Both the position numbers and the translations under genes were made by a program. The notes below the pieces were generated by a model. That model ran no database searches and was not told the origin of the DNA. It saw only the letters and a program-made list of their open reading frames with translations. A DNA stretch of 64,000 nt from Amphiscolops sp. MND2022 (lineage: Eukaryota). Location of the stretch: NCBI GenBank assembly GCA_964187785.1, contig OZ076414.1, positions 65,596,001-65,660,000 of the forward strand. The letters are read 5' to 3'. Shown here piece by piece: positions 23,601 through 37,600 of this stretch; position 1 is the first letter of the stretch; every line of letters starts with the position of its first letter.

Positions 23601-26515
23601 ATGAAAACTCAACTTTGCAAGCTAAGAAATCTCGAGAAAAACTGTTTAACGATCTTTGACATCGGAAACCTCGCCATATTTGAGCTCAGTCGAATAGTTT
23701 CCTGAACAACGCAAGCAAGTCACCGGTACTTGAACGCCCTATGAAAATATTTTTTGCACGGCAATTCAAACATACATAAAGGTCATTCCCTCTTCGGCAA
23801 GTCAGACGTATTGTAAAAAAATTCACATTTGGAGGTCTGTAGGGATTTTACCTCTTATCGGACTCGCAACTAGAAGAAGGTTGTTTCGGTGGGTGTCGAA
23901 ACTCTGACTGCTTCGAATGAGAGACTACTGGTCTCTCATTATGATGTCTACCTGCGTTGAAATGATAAAACGGAGTTTTGAAGTGCTTTTGCTGTTTTGT
24001 GTTTAATTCGACTTCGGGGTTCCAATGTAGTCCCGCGTACCGAAGGTCAACGTTTGTGCTAAATCCCTCTTTGAGCGGTCCCAGGCTAACATGAGTCTGC
24101 GGAATGTTTTTCTCTCCAAATGCAGGGTCCATTGCCGTCTTAATCTGAGTATATTAGGATTTCCAGAGTTCTTTCACTATTTTTCTACTATTAGTGTTCA
24201 TCATCGTTTTAACTTGCAATAATAAACTTCAGCTTTCTTGGCGACCATCAGACAATAGGTCAGCTTGTGAATCTTTTGCTGAAAAGTTGGTAAATCACCA
24301 AGTTTTTCGCCATTCAAGTTCCTACTTTGGTGAGTCTCATTGGACTGTAGGTCCATTTCTACAAGTCACTTGTTTTCTCACTCGTCCAATAGCTTTTCAA
24401 CATAACAATCGTCTCTTCCAAATCTGACATTACGTAGTTTTTCCGTAACTTTCTGCTTTCTTGATGAACGCATTATAAAAATGAACTTATCTTCAACAGT
24501 GAACTTTCTTGATTTCCAACGGAATTTTCTACCAAGACCCTCCGCTGACGGGCGGGATATTTTCCGCCAGAAAATGTGCCACTACGTTGTGAGTTTGATG
24601 CCCAAAAGTAGCCAAAACTATTTTAAAAATGCATAGATGCTTGAAATAACGAAAATTTCGACACTTTTTGATTCATTTGATGACATTTTTAGAGGAAGCG
24701 CTTGATGTAACCAAACCCTCAGTACTAATTTGGTTTGTTGTTGAGCTAAATGTATGCCAGTACCCAACCAACCACTTTTTCATTTGTTTGTATACACAGA
24801 AGTCAGAAAAGTTTCAAAAATTGGAAAAAAATGATTTTTTCGACTCCTTTGGGTCGCTTTGAACTCTTAGAAAATGCCTCTTGGATTCCGTAATCAGACC
24901 ATGGTGAAAAATTAAATCATTCGAACCCACGAAATAACTCGAAATTTTTACAAAAATGCATGAAAACGTCATGAAAAATGTCGAAATTTGGGAGTATGTG
25001 GTTGATAAATGAGAAACTTCTGAATTTTTGACTTCTTTGTTCTCGAATTGGAAGAACTCTATCTCGTTTTTTCTCAAGTAGTGTTTAGAATACACTTTTG
25101 TTTCAACGTTCATGTCAATGGAAGTTCTATTCTACAAAAATTTCCTGACTTGAACAAAAACTAACACTATCCCAGATTTTAGACTTTTTGGTTTTTGGAG
25201 TGTTTTTCAACGTTCAAACTACATGAAGTTTCCCAAAGTACTTGAAAAACTTTTTATAAAACCAAATTGTCCAAATTTTCGTCTAATTTTATGTCATTCT
25301 GATCAGTATTCTGTATTTGATTCAAACATGGCAACTTTTCAGAAAGATATAATGCATAACTAGTTCTTTCGTCTTGAAAAAGTTTGAACCCTTTCACACA
25401 TGAAAACCCTCACACATGAAATCGTACACAAATTGTATCGAAAAGGACAAAACCTGGAAACGTTTAAATTTTTTGTTAATTCCGGGTCGTTTTGATGCAT
25501 TTTCCTATACAAGAAATGCATTTATGGCTCCATAAAAAACGCCATATTAAACGCCACCGGAAATTTGACAAAAATTGCATGAAAAGCTTAAAAAAAGACT
25601 TATTTTTGTCTGTTTCGGTCGTAGTTTAGGGCTTTTTCCCAATTCAAAAACTGCATCAACTTTTTTTGGAAAACAGTTTTTTCTTGTTGGAGCGGAGCAA
25701 CGTTTTGAGCCACGTTTATCGAAAATTTGACAAAAATTGCATGAAAATGTCATTTTTGCTTCCGGTCATTCTGGGGTTTTTGGGGTCGACCAAAAAAGTC
25801 CGAGAATCTCTACAAATACATATCGCACAGAACTAAAGTTATGTGAGATAAATTCGATAGGTGACACTCTTCAATTTGAGTATAGTTTTGGAGCATGGCA
25901 AATTTGGTTAAAAAAACTCGGTTGATATAAATGTTGTGCTATCCCATGTGAAATATGGGCGGTAAATAAAAACTCATTCTGCTAAATTCGATAATTCCAG
26001 CAACTGAGGGACACGTAATGCAGAAATGACATGTACCGATGCAGCTGTGAAAATGGCAGGGGAACAATCTTTCTTTGAGGAAAGTTACCTGTTGGCATCA
26101 ATGCATTTTTTGACTCAGGTTGTTAGAACGAGTGAATATAATTTCAATTGGAGAAAAGCACCTCTCCATTTTGATATTGGTATTTTGTCTTTTCTAACAA
26201 AAAAACACAAAGAACCCAAAATTTAAAAAAGCTGACATTCAGAAACAAAAACCTATAGGAGGACCATAAGGGCTCACAAAACACTTTGTCCTTACTGAAA
26301 ACATCATCAAAAAAACTTAAAGGGCGACTCTTTCCTGAAACTTTTCCAGGAACGTCGCAGAGTGTGGAAAGAAATGTAATTGAGGAAACCTTCGATCTAG
26401 TGTGTTATTTGTGTTCGAAAAAGATTTTTAAAATCGCAAGATACGAATACAGGCTTAAGAGGCATAGGCTGACAACATTGCGAAGTCAGTTTCAAACTCT
26501 ATACCACTTCAATTT

Positions 26516-26671
26516 CAAAATGGGAACAAGCAAAATCAAGTTGAAAACAAACAATGTCAAATTTGGAATTAACAAACTCAAGTTGGGAAGTAACAAATGC
26601 AAGCTGGGATTAACAAATTGAACTTGGGAATTAACAATCTCAAGTTGGGAATGGACGAACTCAATTTGAGA
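26516..26671 (+). repeat. 21-bp minisatellite, ~7.5 degenerate units (caagttgggaattaacaaact-like)
   Basis: Units start at 26516, 26537, 26558, 26579, 26600, 26620, 26641 and 26662. Confidence 0.85.
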
Positions 26672-26739
26672 TGTCTGAAAAAATACTGGAAATTTGAACT
26701 CCACTGGAAACATTCTCAACATCAACTATTGAGTGCTAT

Positions 26740-27570
26740 TAATTCATGGTATCAAAATGCAACCTTTGGCAGCAAAAACGGCTTGAAGCATCAGATAAAA
26801 CTTTTACACAATCGCAACAGAGATTGGAGAACTTTAGACGTAGCATTCAGGATTCCGAAATCAACTGCTTACAGGTAACTTTTTAAAAATTTTATGCTAA
26901 CATTTTTGCATCTTCGGAATAGTTCGAATGTTTTCCGACAATATTTTTCTTCCACGTGATAATTAGTTACACTGAATGACTAAAATTCACTAATTGACTG
27001 GTTTACACTATTTTCCGGTCCAACTTTTAAAAAAGCCGAAATTATCCAGAAAAAGCGATTTCAAGGAGAAAGAGAAAAGCGTGAATTATATGTACAAACT
27101 TTATTAATTTATCTGGCCGCAAACCTCCCATATTGTGTATGGATGAATCAAATTTAAAGATCTAAGAAGGGCTCGAGATGCACTACAATTGCCGCCACAG
27201 GTACAAGAGTCGCAGGCATTAATATTATAGGATGTATCAGTAATATGGGGCTTGACTATCATGTAATTCGACGTGGCTCGAAAAGTTGCTGCGTCTTGTC
27301 ACGAATAGCCTAATGCTGAATCCTACTGAAGGAACATGGCCAGTGTTCAAGTCAGATGTGAAGTGTCACGTTCCATATCCTTCCCTTTCGGTGTTGGATG
27401 TAGTAGGCAGGGGTAATTTGGCTCAAACAGTGTATAGACAACGGGAATTGGAAAAAGTAATAGCAAGAAACCTTATTAAAATTGCCGTTTCGAAATTTGT
27501 AGGATTTATAACCAACGTTCAGATGTTTATATTGCCTGCATTGGAATTGGAAGACATGGAATTTTGAAGG
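26740..27570 (+). mobile_element. Tc1/IS630-like (DDE_3-type) transposase relic, internally deleted
   Basis: HTH-like WRTLDVAFRIPKSTAYR; PILCMDESN (27139); SKKGSR..GINIIGCISNMG; LRLVTNSLMLNPTEGTWPVFKSDVK (YSPxLNPIE-like). The middle catalytic Asp region is missing and no TIRs were found. Confidence 0.7.
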
Positions 27571-27870
27571 TTTATACAGTATGTACAATATAAAAGCCCT
27601 TTGTTCATCTTATGTATTTCTGTTTCATCAATGATAATTTGGAAAATATTATTTTTCAAATGATTTCCTAACTTGAGTTTGTTAGTTGTCGCAACGCATA
27701 AATCAGGTCGCAACGCAAAAAAAGCAGTGAGAAGACAACGAGTGAAAATTTGTAGATTTCTTGTAGAATCTGTCAGTTCGCAACTCCCAACAAGCCACTA
27801 TTATAGTCCCCGTTCCCCAACGAAAGCGCCCACCAATAATAAGCATATGTTTGGAGGTTTCGAATCCAAC

Positions 27871-28040
27871 TGTCACAGTCCACTGTCACAGACTAGGTTG
27901 CGGATGTACGGGAGTGGGATTTGGAAGAGGCCACGGTTGCGCTTCAAAACTGCCAAAACGGTATTTTAACTTTTAAACTTGAACTCCTCACAAATGTACT
28001 GTGACTAGGTAAAACTTCACATCCATTTCCAGAAAATCTA
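27871..28040 (+). repeat. LTR-like direct repeat copy 1 (pairs with 39085-39243)
   Basis: Both start tgtcacagtcc and share ttgcggatgtacg.gag.gggatttggaaga.gccac..tgcgcttcaaaact.ccaaaa.ggtattttaa..ctgtgact..ttcacatc..agaaaa.tcta. Confidence 0.7.
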
Positions 28041-28819
28041 TTTTGTTACTTCATTTGGAAGTCCAAGGTGACTTAGTCTTTTTCCTGGCGGATACAAACT
28101 AATTGAACATCATTGCTTCGTCAATTATCATCTAGAACAAAGAAGATCGTATTAATACGTCATGCTTACGTCGACTAAGGTTTTAAACAAGTAAACTAAG
28201 GTTTTGACGCTGGTTTTAATATAGTAATGTTCCGTAAACTGATCTACCGTTCACCAATTGGAAAGTCACAGTTTATACATATGATATAATTGAATTATGT
28301 ACCAATGCGTCTTGGATTATGACTTCTTTTGATGTACATGCATTTTGACGTCGTTTTGATGTGAAAAGTTAACTACTCTTTCTGTGCCGTTTAGAACAAC
28401 GAATCTAGTGATCTTCTGCTAAATCTGTTAATATAGGTGTGACTGTTCAGTAAATGGAAATGGTTTCAAGTGTCTTCATGTATCATCCAGCTTTGACTGT
28501 TTTGTAGCGATCATTTCCATAATTGACCCCAACGTGTCGTCCAACTATGAGACCAGATTCTAATTGTTTTATAATATTTCATACAATGTTTTCAACTATT
28601 GATGAATACCTGCTTTTTGATATTTGCCTTGATGAGTGCTCTTAATTTTTACGCGTTGAAGTTAATGTTGATGTTAAATTGTTACTCATTTGGAGATTAC
28701 ACCTTTTTGGAGCCTCGTAACGCGTATTTAGAATAATAACGCGTTTTCATTGGCTGTCAATTGAACTAGCAAGATCTTGCTAGTTCGTTGCGGCATATGT
28801 ATCGTAATGAGGCAGGAAA

Positions 28820-30270
28820 ATGTCTGACGTCAAATTAACGTTTGAAAATCAAAATCTTTTCATCAAGAAGTGAACAAGACGTCAAAAAAGAAGAAACAAC
28901 TACCAGGAGAGTAACGAAAATGTAAGTGAGATTATAGTCTCCTCAGTTTTGGTTGAGAAGGTAGATTTAGCAGAGCCAGGTGTAATGGTCGTGAAGCCCT
29001 CTCGTCCCAAGTCACCCAGAATTGAGAGTAGCGCTGTAGAGAGCTTAAGAGCCTCCTTAAGAGAAGAGATACCTTCGTAAGTAAAGGAACTTTTGATGGA
29101 ATCTCAAAGAGAGCTTCTTAGGATGTTGAAACTTAAAACGAAGCAAATGAAAATGTAGAGAATAAACAAACCCCGGAAAAAGAGTCTAGAAATTTCTCTT
29201 ATAGTCTAGAAAAAACACTAGCCATAATAACGACCTTGACATAAGTCGTAACATGGTGACAAACGTTTTAAATGACTCCACGAACCAGTCGAAAAAAGCG
29301 AAGATAAGGTCGCACAGCCAACCTGCGTCAAAAGAACGTCCCGCAGCAGCTAGGACACTCTTTGCACTAGACAGGAATGATACCACCACTTTGCCCATGC
29401 CGAAAGCGCTAACAGCGTCACTCCCAACATTTGACGGAAAATCAGAACAATTCGGGTTGTTGGAAGACCTTCTCCGTAACAACTTCGTAACCTAACCGAA
29501 CCTTGCGGAAACTGAAAATTTAAACTTCCATCCCTACTTCGGAGAGACGCGGTACAAGCGTTCTGGAGCCTAGAAGACTCGAAAAAGTATTCGCTAGAAG
29601 AAATCATGTCCGCGCTCAAACATCGTTTTGGAGACTACCGCTCCATAGCACGAACACGTTGTGAGATGGACGACTCAAAAACTACACAATTTCCTAGATA
29701 GTTTTCAGAAAACAGGCAAGGAAGCCTTTGGGTCCAAAGCCCTAGTATTCATAGATAACGCAATCTAATGCCAAGATGCCGTATCACGTCAAGAACATCC
29801 TAAATTAGGCGTACTCAGAAGGTAAACCGTACAACGATATAGTACTTCACCTGGAGCGAAGAATGAGACTCAACGGTCTAAGTGGCAAGATGAAATAACT
29901 CCAGTCTACCCGAAAAAGATAGAGCTCGCTCCACTTTAAACGGTGAAACAAAACACTGAAACCGGATGTCGGGAAACTAAAAACGTAGTGATTTTACTGT
30001 AGCAAATTTGGCCGTTTTAAAGCAGAATGGCGAAAAATGAACCTTGAGAAATGGTAGCAAATGCGGAAACACAATGACGTGACAAGTGACGGCGCAGGCA
30101 AGAAGCTAAAATACGACACTTGCGGCAAACCACATGAAACAGAAGATTGTCGGTACGGAGCCAACGCAGCCAACTATTCCCAGCAGAAGCGCAAATACCC
30201 AACAGAGCGCCAGACTGAAACTAACGTCAAACCAACGACATCAACCCTAGATGAAGAACCAAAAAACTGA
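28820..30270 (+). pseudogene. gag: Gag of Ty3/Gypsy element G1 (decayed)
   Basis: ATG 28820; MPKALTASLPTFDGKSEQF; GDAVQAFW; CCHC-like DTCGKPHETEDCRYGANAAN; ends EEPKN* at an A AAA AAC heptamer. Confidence 0.8.
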
Positions 30271-30759
30271 TTACGCCGCACCTGCGTTTTGCGGAAACAG
30301 TGAAGGCCTGGGCATATACAATAGAGGATCCGCCCATCAACTACACCGAACCCTCAACCACAAAATGCAAAGAGATACCAACAGAGGACTACCAATGACG
30401 TCAGAAGGTCGCCGCAAAACAAAGACATAACGCGAAACACGAGGCAGTTTGCCCGGAATGGAGCACGGAATCCGAGGAGAACTACATGACAACGGAACGA
30501 CCACTAGCAGACTCACAAAAGAGTGAATCTACATTTATGATGAAGACTACATATGTGTTCCCTGGGACACACCCGACATCTTTGACCAGTCCACTCTAAC
30601 CTTCAAGACACCCTCTGGCACTCCACCAGAAGATCCACTAGATGACACCCGTACACAGTGCAACACTTCACAAATGTCCAAACTCCACAAGTGATACGAA
30701 AACAACTTCTACGGACGACCTCCCACCGTCACTAAACTCACGTTCCCACTGAAAAAGCG

Positions 30760-33700
30760 ACGCAGAATGCTCCACCCACCATTGGAACTCGGGGAAATAA
30801 CAATAGGCCTGGTGGATACAGGAACTTTCATCAATGTCATGTCATGGTCATACTACACCATGATAAAAGTCAATTGTGACAGCTGCGTTTTTAGAGGCTG
30901 CGTTATTAAAGAATACCCACAACCGTCGTTCAAAATCGAATGCGCTAATGCCCAACTGGAGCAACCAATAGCAACATAGAATTCAACATTGGATCGTATA
31001 CATCAACAGACATGTTTGTGATACTATCCAGACCTCCTTCCCAATGATAGGCTTGATTATCTTAGTAACCACCAGACCGTGTTTGACACAGCTAACGGGC
31101 CAATCAACTTCCCGCATGTCGAAAAAACGATGGCTAAAACTGACGAATTGAAAAACTGTAACCCCAATCCACTCCAAATACAATATGGGGGAATGAGACA
31201 AAACCGCCACAGCCAACGACAACAGTTTCAGCAGTAGTTATAACAAGCAGCGCACATGACATCACGGGAGCGATTCAACCACTGCCACAAATTGAAACAG
31301 CGAAATTAACTGTCGCCCCGGCACTAGCGACAGCACATAATTAGAGAACAGGCCTCAGGATGACCAACACAACAGAGTTCCCTTATACCATCAAAAGTCA
31401 CACCAAACTAGCGGAACTCCAAATACTCAAAACAGAAGAAACAAAACAGATACGACACATCGATGCTGTAGGAATAAAAAAGCTAGAGGATCCAGACGGT
31501 GCTCACATGTACGTCAACGAACTCACGAAAGCCAAGGAAGACAACAAAAATGACGCAAATTTCTGGTTTATAACTCCGGAAATCCAGAAAGCGAAGATGG
31601 GTACACGCCCATTCAACGTCGCATACTGGATGAAATACATGATTTCTTCAAAAAAAAAGAACTCAACCCGGACAAGGATATAGAGTCAAGAAAATAAATC
31701 CTTGACATGTTCAATTGGGAAGGATCACAAATTGAATGAGAAGACAAACAACAGTTAGAACAAGCAATAGTGAAATATAACGAAATCTTTGCGCGACACC
31801 GCTCAGACATTGAGATCAACAGTAACTTCAATGAAAAAATTACAATAAAGATGAAAGCTCAGTGTACACAGAGAGTCTACACGTACCGATCAGTCTGAAG
31901 GAAGCCCTAACAGTAGAACCAGCGCTAATGCACCGCTATGGCCTCGTACCTGCCATTCTCCAAACACGCCAGCCCAAGTATTGCACAAAAATAAACAAAC
32001 GGCAAATTGCGTCTAACCTCAGATGATTACATAAACAACAATTTTTCAGTTAGCACCTTGTCAGATGCAGCCCAACACCTGTTAAAAAACTTTGTTGCAA
32101 ACTAGACTGTTCGCTTACCTATCATTCTTTACAAATGGCGGATCAAAGTGTCTGGCACTATGCCTAAGCAGGACACTATCTGCACTCTCTACTTTCATGC
32201 GCGAGTTCTTTGACAACGTAACAAAAGCCGATCAATATGCACAATACGTCGACGACATTGGAATAGCCGCAAACAGAGTGACGCAACTAATACGCAATAC
32301 CCGATCAGTGTTCGGATGCATCAGGAAAGCTGGACTAAAATTAAGGATCAAAACTTTCCACTTTGGAGTTACAAACGTAGAAACCGTATGCAAAACAATC
32401 ACACCTCAGGGAGTACAACACATCCCAAGACCACAAAATACATAAATTTCCAGCAAATATGCGATTTCCGAGATAAAAAAAAACAGGTACAGACATATTT
32501 AGGACTTGTCAACTATTATCGCAATTACATCTGCGTCTATTCAAAAAATGACCGATTTCACGAACTTTTGAGAGCAGACAAACAGAAAAGAAACCGAAGG
32601 ATATTCACAAAGAGAACAACGCAGCACTAGCGGAGCGTGCGGATTGGCTCTCAAACAGACACCAAACAATGACAGATGCCAGCTTTGGCGCCTCAAGATA
32701 TGTGCTAATGATTGAGGAAAATTACAAAAAAAACTCAATTCAGAGAAGAAAACTTTTGCACCAGTAGCGTTCGGATCAAAAATTTATTTTCCAGCACAAT
32801 TGAAAAGGTCCATCAACTGCAAGCAAGTTCTAGCGAGATATCACGTAATTTTGGGATACAGCCACATTTTATAGGAAGCAACGCTACCAACTTAGTAATG
32901 ACCGATAACAGGTCAGTGACGCGTTCTTGACAAAAAAGGAAGACCACTTATACTACGAATTACAGTTGAAGGAGACACGGATAATGCCCTGCAAACAATC
33001 ACGAGATTGCTCATTTGTGAAGAACACGTTAAACATTTACATGCAACAGACCCGAAAGACAGACGTCTATTATTACATGATGTTAGACTAATCGTCAAAG
33101 AGGGAATACTCATGCTTAAACATTACGGGGATTGCGATCAAGTACGCACCATCATACACTGATCCCTGAGTACCGAATGAAGGAATTGCTGCGAGCCATA
33201 CCTGGACAAATGGGGAAACACTCAGGTATAGCAAAATGATCCAAGGGTGCCGCTCCGAATACCACCGTCCTGGCTGAGAAAAGAATAAAAAAGTAGGTCA
33301 CGAGCTGCGAACACTGCATCAAATACAAAAGAATAAATACCCGATCAGGCCAAAAATTCCCAGCAACACAGAACACGCATTAGGCCCAGAGGACATCCAG
33401 AAGTCGACATACTAACAATTTTGCCAAATTCTGCTGCTTATCAAAATATTGTCACTATGATGGAATTTTCCACGCTATCTGTTCGCATACCCCACACAAA
33501 ACGTAACAACTAGAACAAAAGGACGATGCATGGTCGACCTCATGACCAGACACGCTTACCTGCCAAAACTCATCTTATCAGACGAAGGATCACAATTCCA
33601 ATCACAAGTTGTCGCCGAAAGTACAGAGGTTTAGGAAATACAAATAAACCATGTGTCGACAAAACATGCAAAAATGATAGGAATACTGGAGCGAACGCAT

Positions 33701-34600
33701 GGCTGTATCATAAGGGCACAAATAATTTCGACTGTAGAACGACGACCCGTGTGGCGCAAATACGTCGACCATCTTGCAGCATTGAATAACAACACAACAT
33801 ATCGCGTGTTTGTGCGTGTTTTCATTGACGATTACCTTATATTGCACTCGACCTAAAATTAGGCATCAAGTCGAAATGAAAAAAACGCATGATTCAGACT
33901 TAGCTGAACAATCACAACATTAAATCGACGAAATGCGCGCGACAGCAAAGGACAACATTATGCTGTCCTACATCAAGTACAAGAAACACTACGACCGAAA
34001 AGCGCCAACAGCTATGAATATTGCTAAACACTTAACCTGAAAGCCGGCCACCATTCGACAAAGTTTGCGTTCCAAGACTGCGTTTGGACAGGACCGTAGG
34101 TTGTGATAAAAATACGGTCAAATAAAAACTACACAATCAAAAAAACTGGACGCGATACAGGCAAACGCTACATAGAATACCAATCCGCGCCTACGTGCAA
34201 GCACGTTGTATGCCTGACGTCTCAGTGCGGTCAAACGAATATCTACCAGACCCTGGCGGCGAAACGCCGCACAATCAATGGTATGCTACTTCATGGGAAA
34301 TAAATTTTCGAAATCACTCGATACTCTTGAGAAGACTGAAATACAGAGATAACAACAGAGCAAAGTGACACTAAAGACGACGTCGATCTGTTTTCGTCGG
34401 ATTTTTGAAATTTTACTACGTTTTTTTCAATCCTACTGACGTGGAGAATATTCCTTACATATCACGCCCCAACCATTGAAAGACCACCTATACACCCGCG
34501 ATCACCGCCTACAGTTGTCGGCGAAGACCCGCCAGAAGTAGCGAAGTACAACTTACGCCCTAATCTTAAACCTAAAACCCAAACTTGGCACCAGGTGTTT
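30760..34600 (+). pseudogene. pol: Pol of Gypsy G1: protease, dUTPase-like linker, RT, RNase H, integrase (decayed)
   Basis: GLVDTGTFINVMS; RMTNTTEFPYTIKSHTKLAELQIL; AQYVDDIGIAAN (~32245); TDASFG; CEHCIKYK; SDEGSQF; GILERTH; terminal KYNLRPNLKPK (~34545-34580). Confidence 0.9.
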
Positions 34601-37600
34601 TTGAACTGCTCTTAGAGCCCCTCTTAGCATTTACTTTTGTGCATTTCTTTGTACCCTTCTTCGGACCTGCCTCACTGACAGTCTGCTCAGCGGGTTGCTG
34701 ATCCACCATGGCAACAGCATCGGCGTCAACTGAAACCATCCTATTTTGCTTTATTGCAGCAACAAGGCCAGATCGCAATATCTGACTATCCTCCCTGACT
34801 GAGCTAGAGGTACTGACACCTTCATCCAGAAGCACTATCACTCTCAAATCTAACTTGACGACCACGCCTGTTTGCGTCATGCAGTCGCTGCCCAGCAATA
34901 GTTTTCTTACTAGATAGGTACTCGGCAACCAAATCGCAATACAGAGTGACAAAAACAACACGGTCAGCATACGCTGTATCTCTCCAAGGATCAAATTCAA
35001 CTGACGTCACGAAATCTTTTGCGTAAAGCTGACAACTTGCTTGTAGGGGGGCTGTTGAACACTCTGCACACTGATAGCGGAAGTTACCATAACTCCGGGA
35101 ACACTACACCCGGTCATGCCAAAATCCACTGAAGGCAACTGAAAGGAGATTTGCTGACCACAAGATATTACAACTTTAACACCTGAACGAGGCGTCTGCG
35201 AGAGAGACAAGTTGAATCGGACAAAAGGTATGCAATAACATCGCCGTTTTCCTCAGCTCTCCGATCAGAGCCTTTTTAAGAATACGAGTGTCCACAACAA
35301 AGGACATAAATTCGTCCAGACTGGTTTTAGCAACATCACCAGCTAAGCAACCACTTTTTTCCAACACTCGTAACAACTTGGAGAACGGCGCAAAGAAAAT
35401 ACTGTATGTCGCCTTCCAGGGACAGAAGGCGATAATGTCTTGATACTTTTCGGCTGACACCAGATGCAAAGACAGAATCACGTCCACCAGCTACATCATA
35501 CAACCACTCGCTACAGCGATTCCGGAAATCCAGATCCTCACTTCTGTTGGATCTCCTCAACTCATCGTCGAAAGCATTAGCCAGGAAACCTTCAGTGTCC
35601 ATCTTTCCCAATGGAAGACAATTTCGAGGAATCCATACAAGAATCTCAGTCATAAAGTCCAGGCAAGTCAAACAATCGGCGACTCCGCGACAGAAAGCAG
35701 TAAACAAATTAGGACAGTAAACCATGCTGTGAAACTCATAGTCCGAACGCCCCGAAAGCCGTTTTTGAAGATCTAAGTAAACACAAACAAACAAAAACTC
35801 AATGCCAAAGACACTCACCAGCGGACGGTGCAATAATGATCAATAGTAACAGAGATCCAAGATGTGAAGTATCAAGCCAAGACGTAACCCGTTCATGTTT
35901 TCAGAGCCCATCGGTACCTCGCATCTATCACATCAATAACAACAATCAGATAACCATCAATACAAAGTCAAAACACTGTGATAGGCCTCAACTAACAAAT
36001 TAACACACCAAACGAAGAGAAAAGAGAGTTAACAAGATATGCACGAACATCAATGATACGAAAAACTGAACTTACACTATCCGCATCACTCTTCATGTGT
36101 TGGGGCCCAGCATAAGGCACAAATTCGCGCACAAATTCCCAGATGGAAATCAGCTCAGAAACCCCTTCGAAAATACTGAACCCGACCGACAGAAAACAAA
36201 CTGTCACCAATCATCGCTGATGTCGCTGAGCACACGACGAAGAGTAGGACGGATGTCCCGAATGCACAATGGCAACTGCGAACGTGACGTGCAACTCACA
36301 ACACGCGAAAAACAAGCAAACTCAGCCAAGGGCACACCTTGGCCAGATGACTCGACGTGGACACGAACCTCGATTTGTCCGCCCAAGTCCGTACCACATA
36401 GTATTGTTTCCCACCACAATCATCAAATGACACACTCCACTCACCAAAGGAGCTGATTCGTGAAAAGAAGGTGCGGAGTACACGAGGAAATATTGCACGA
36501 CAGATCAACGAGTAGAACAAAACCACTGTATAGTATAAGAGGTCTGAAGACAAACCACTCAAGAACACAACGGACAACATGGATGGACTCCAAACCATTT
36601 TTGGAGGGATTCAGGGCTCTACGTCAAAGAGTACAAGGGATCTTCTGGGCCGTGAGCAGCTCGGTAACAGCCCCAAAGTTTCGGAAGCAGCAAGTAACTC
36701 CCGCAAGAACGCAACAGCACCACCAGACAGTTTATTATCGTCTTCAAATGCACACTCCGATCAATTTGAGTACACTGAGGAAGCAAAACCTCAGGAGAAC
36801 TAAAGCCCTCGGTACGACTTCGACAAGCAAGAGTCTGCTTCTTGCTCCACTGTTAGGACCATCGAATCGCACAACCAATTGTACACAGGCAGACCTTTCC
36901 GAACTCGGTAGGTTTCGTCGACTTGCCAGTGCTTGTGTGTAGAAAATATTGATGATCAATTTCGCCGTCACCAAGAGACTTCAAAGAAACGTCCTGAAAC
37001 TTATCGTGCAGTAGAATGCCCAGGCATACCCAGTGTTTCAACGGCTGACGCATAATTTGTACACCGGATTGTCCTTCACTATATCGCGCCGTAAACGATT
37101 TCGCGAACTGTACTTGCGAGTTGTCCGCTGAGGGGTCGTCATCCCTCCGATGCTAGTTTCCACTCGAGATATGAGCAGCTGGAAGTCTGAAACACACCAA
37201 AAACAACTTTACCAACTGCGCAACCCATGAATGAATAACATCGCAGGGACGCTACTAACTTGAAACGGACTGCTCAACTGTCGGGTCCGCCACACAGAAT
37301 GCATTCATTTCTCTCAGCAAGGTAGTTTGCTGAGGAGTGGAAGCAGCATCCACTTCAACACAGGATTCGTCGTCAGGACTTAAAAGAAAAATTTCAGACA
37401 ACAACAACACGATACTCCAGAAACGAAACGGAAACTATACGACTGTCAAATCGATTTGCCGAGACTCCACCCATGACCGGAAGGGAGGCAAAGAGCGCCG
37501 TTTTGCAGCCAGTATTTCCAAGGTTTTCCCTAATGCCTAAAAGAACAACATAACTGGCTTTTCCGTTAAAACAACCAGTCAAAAAAAACAACACGCATCA

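Noticed and set aside
24250-24400. Chromodomain-like YVEKLLDE..LV(K)W on the minus strand
   Set aside because: Needs two stops and a frameshift within ~25 codons; too weak
24540-26200. Non-autonomous DNA transposon with a repeated gaaatttgacaaaaattgcatgaaaa motif (~24941, 25560, 25721)
   Set aside because: Internal repeats are real but no TIR/TSD could be defined, so it is not classified
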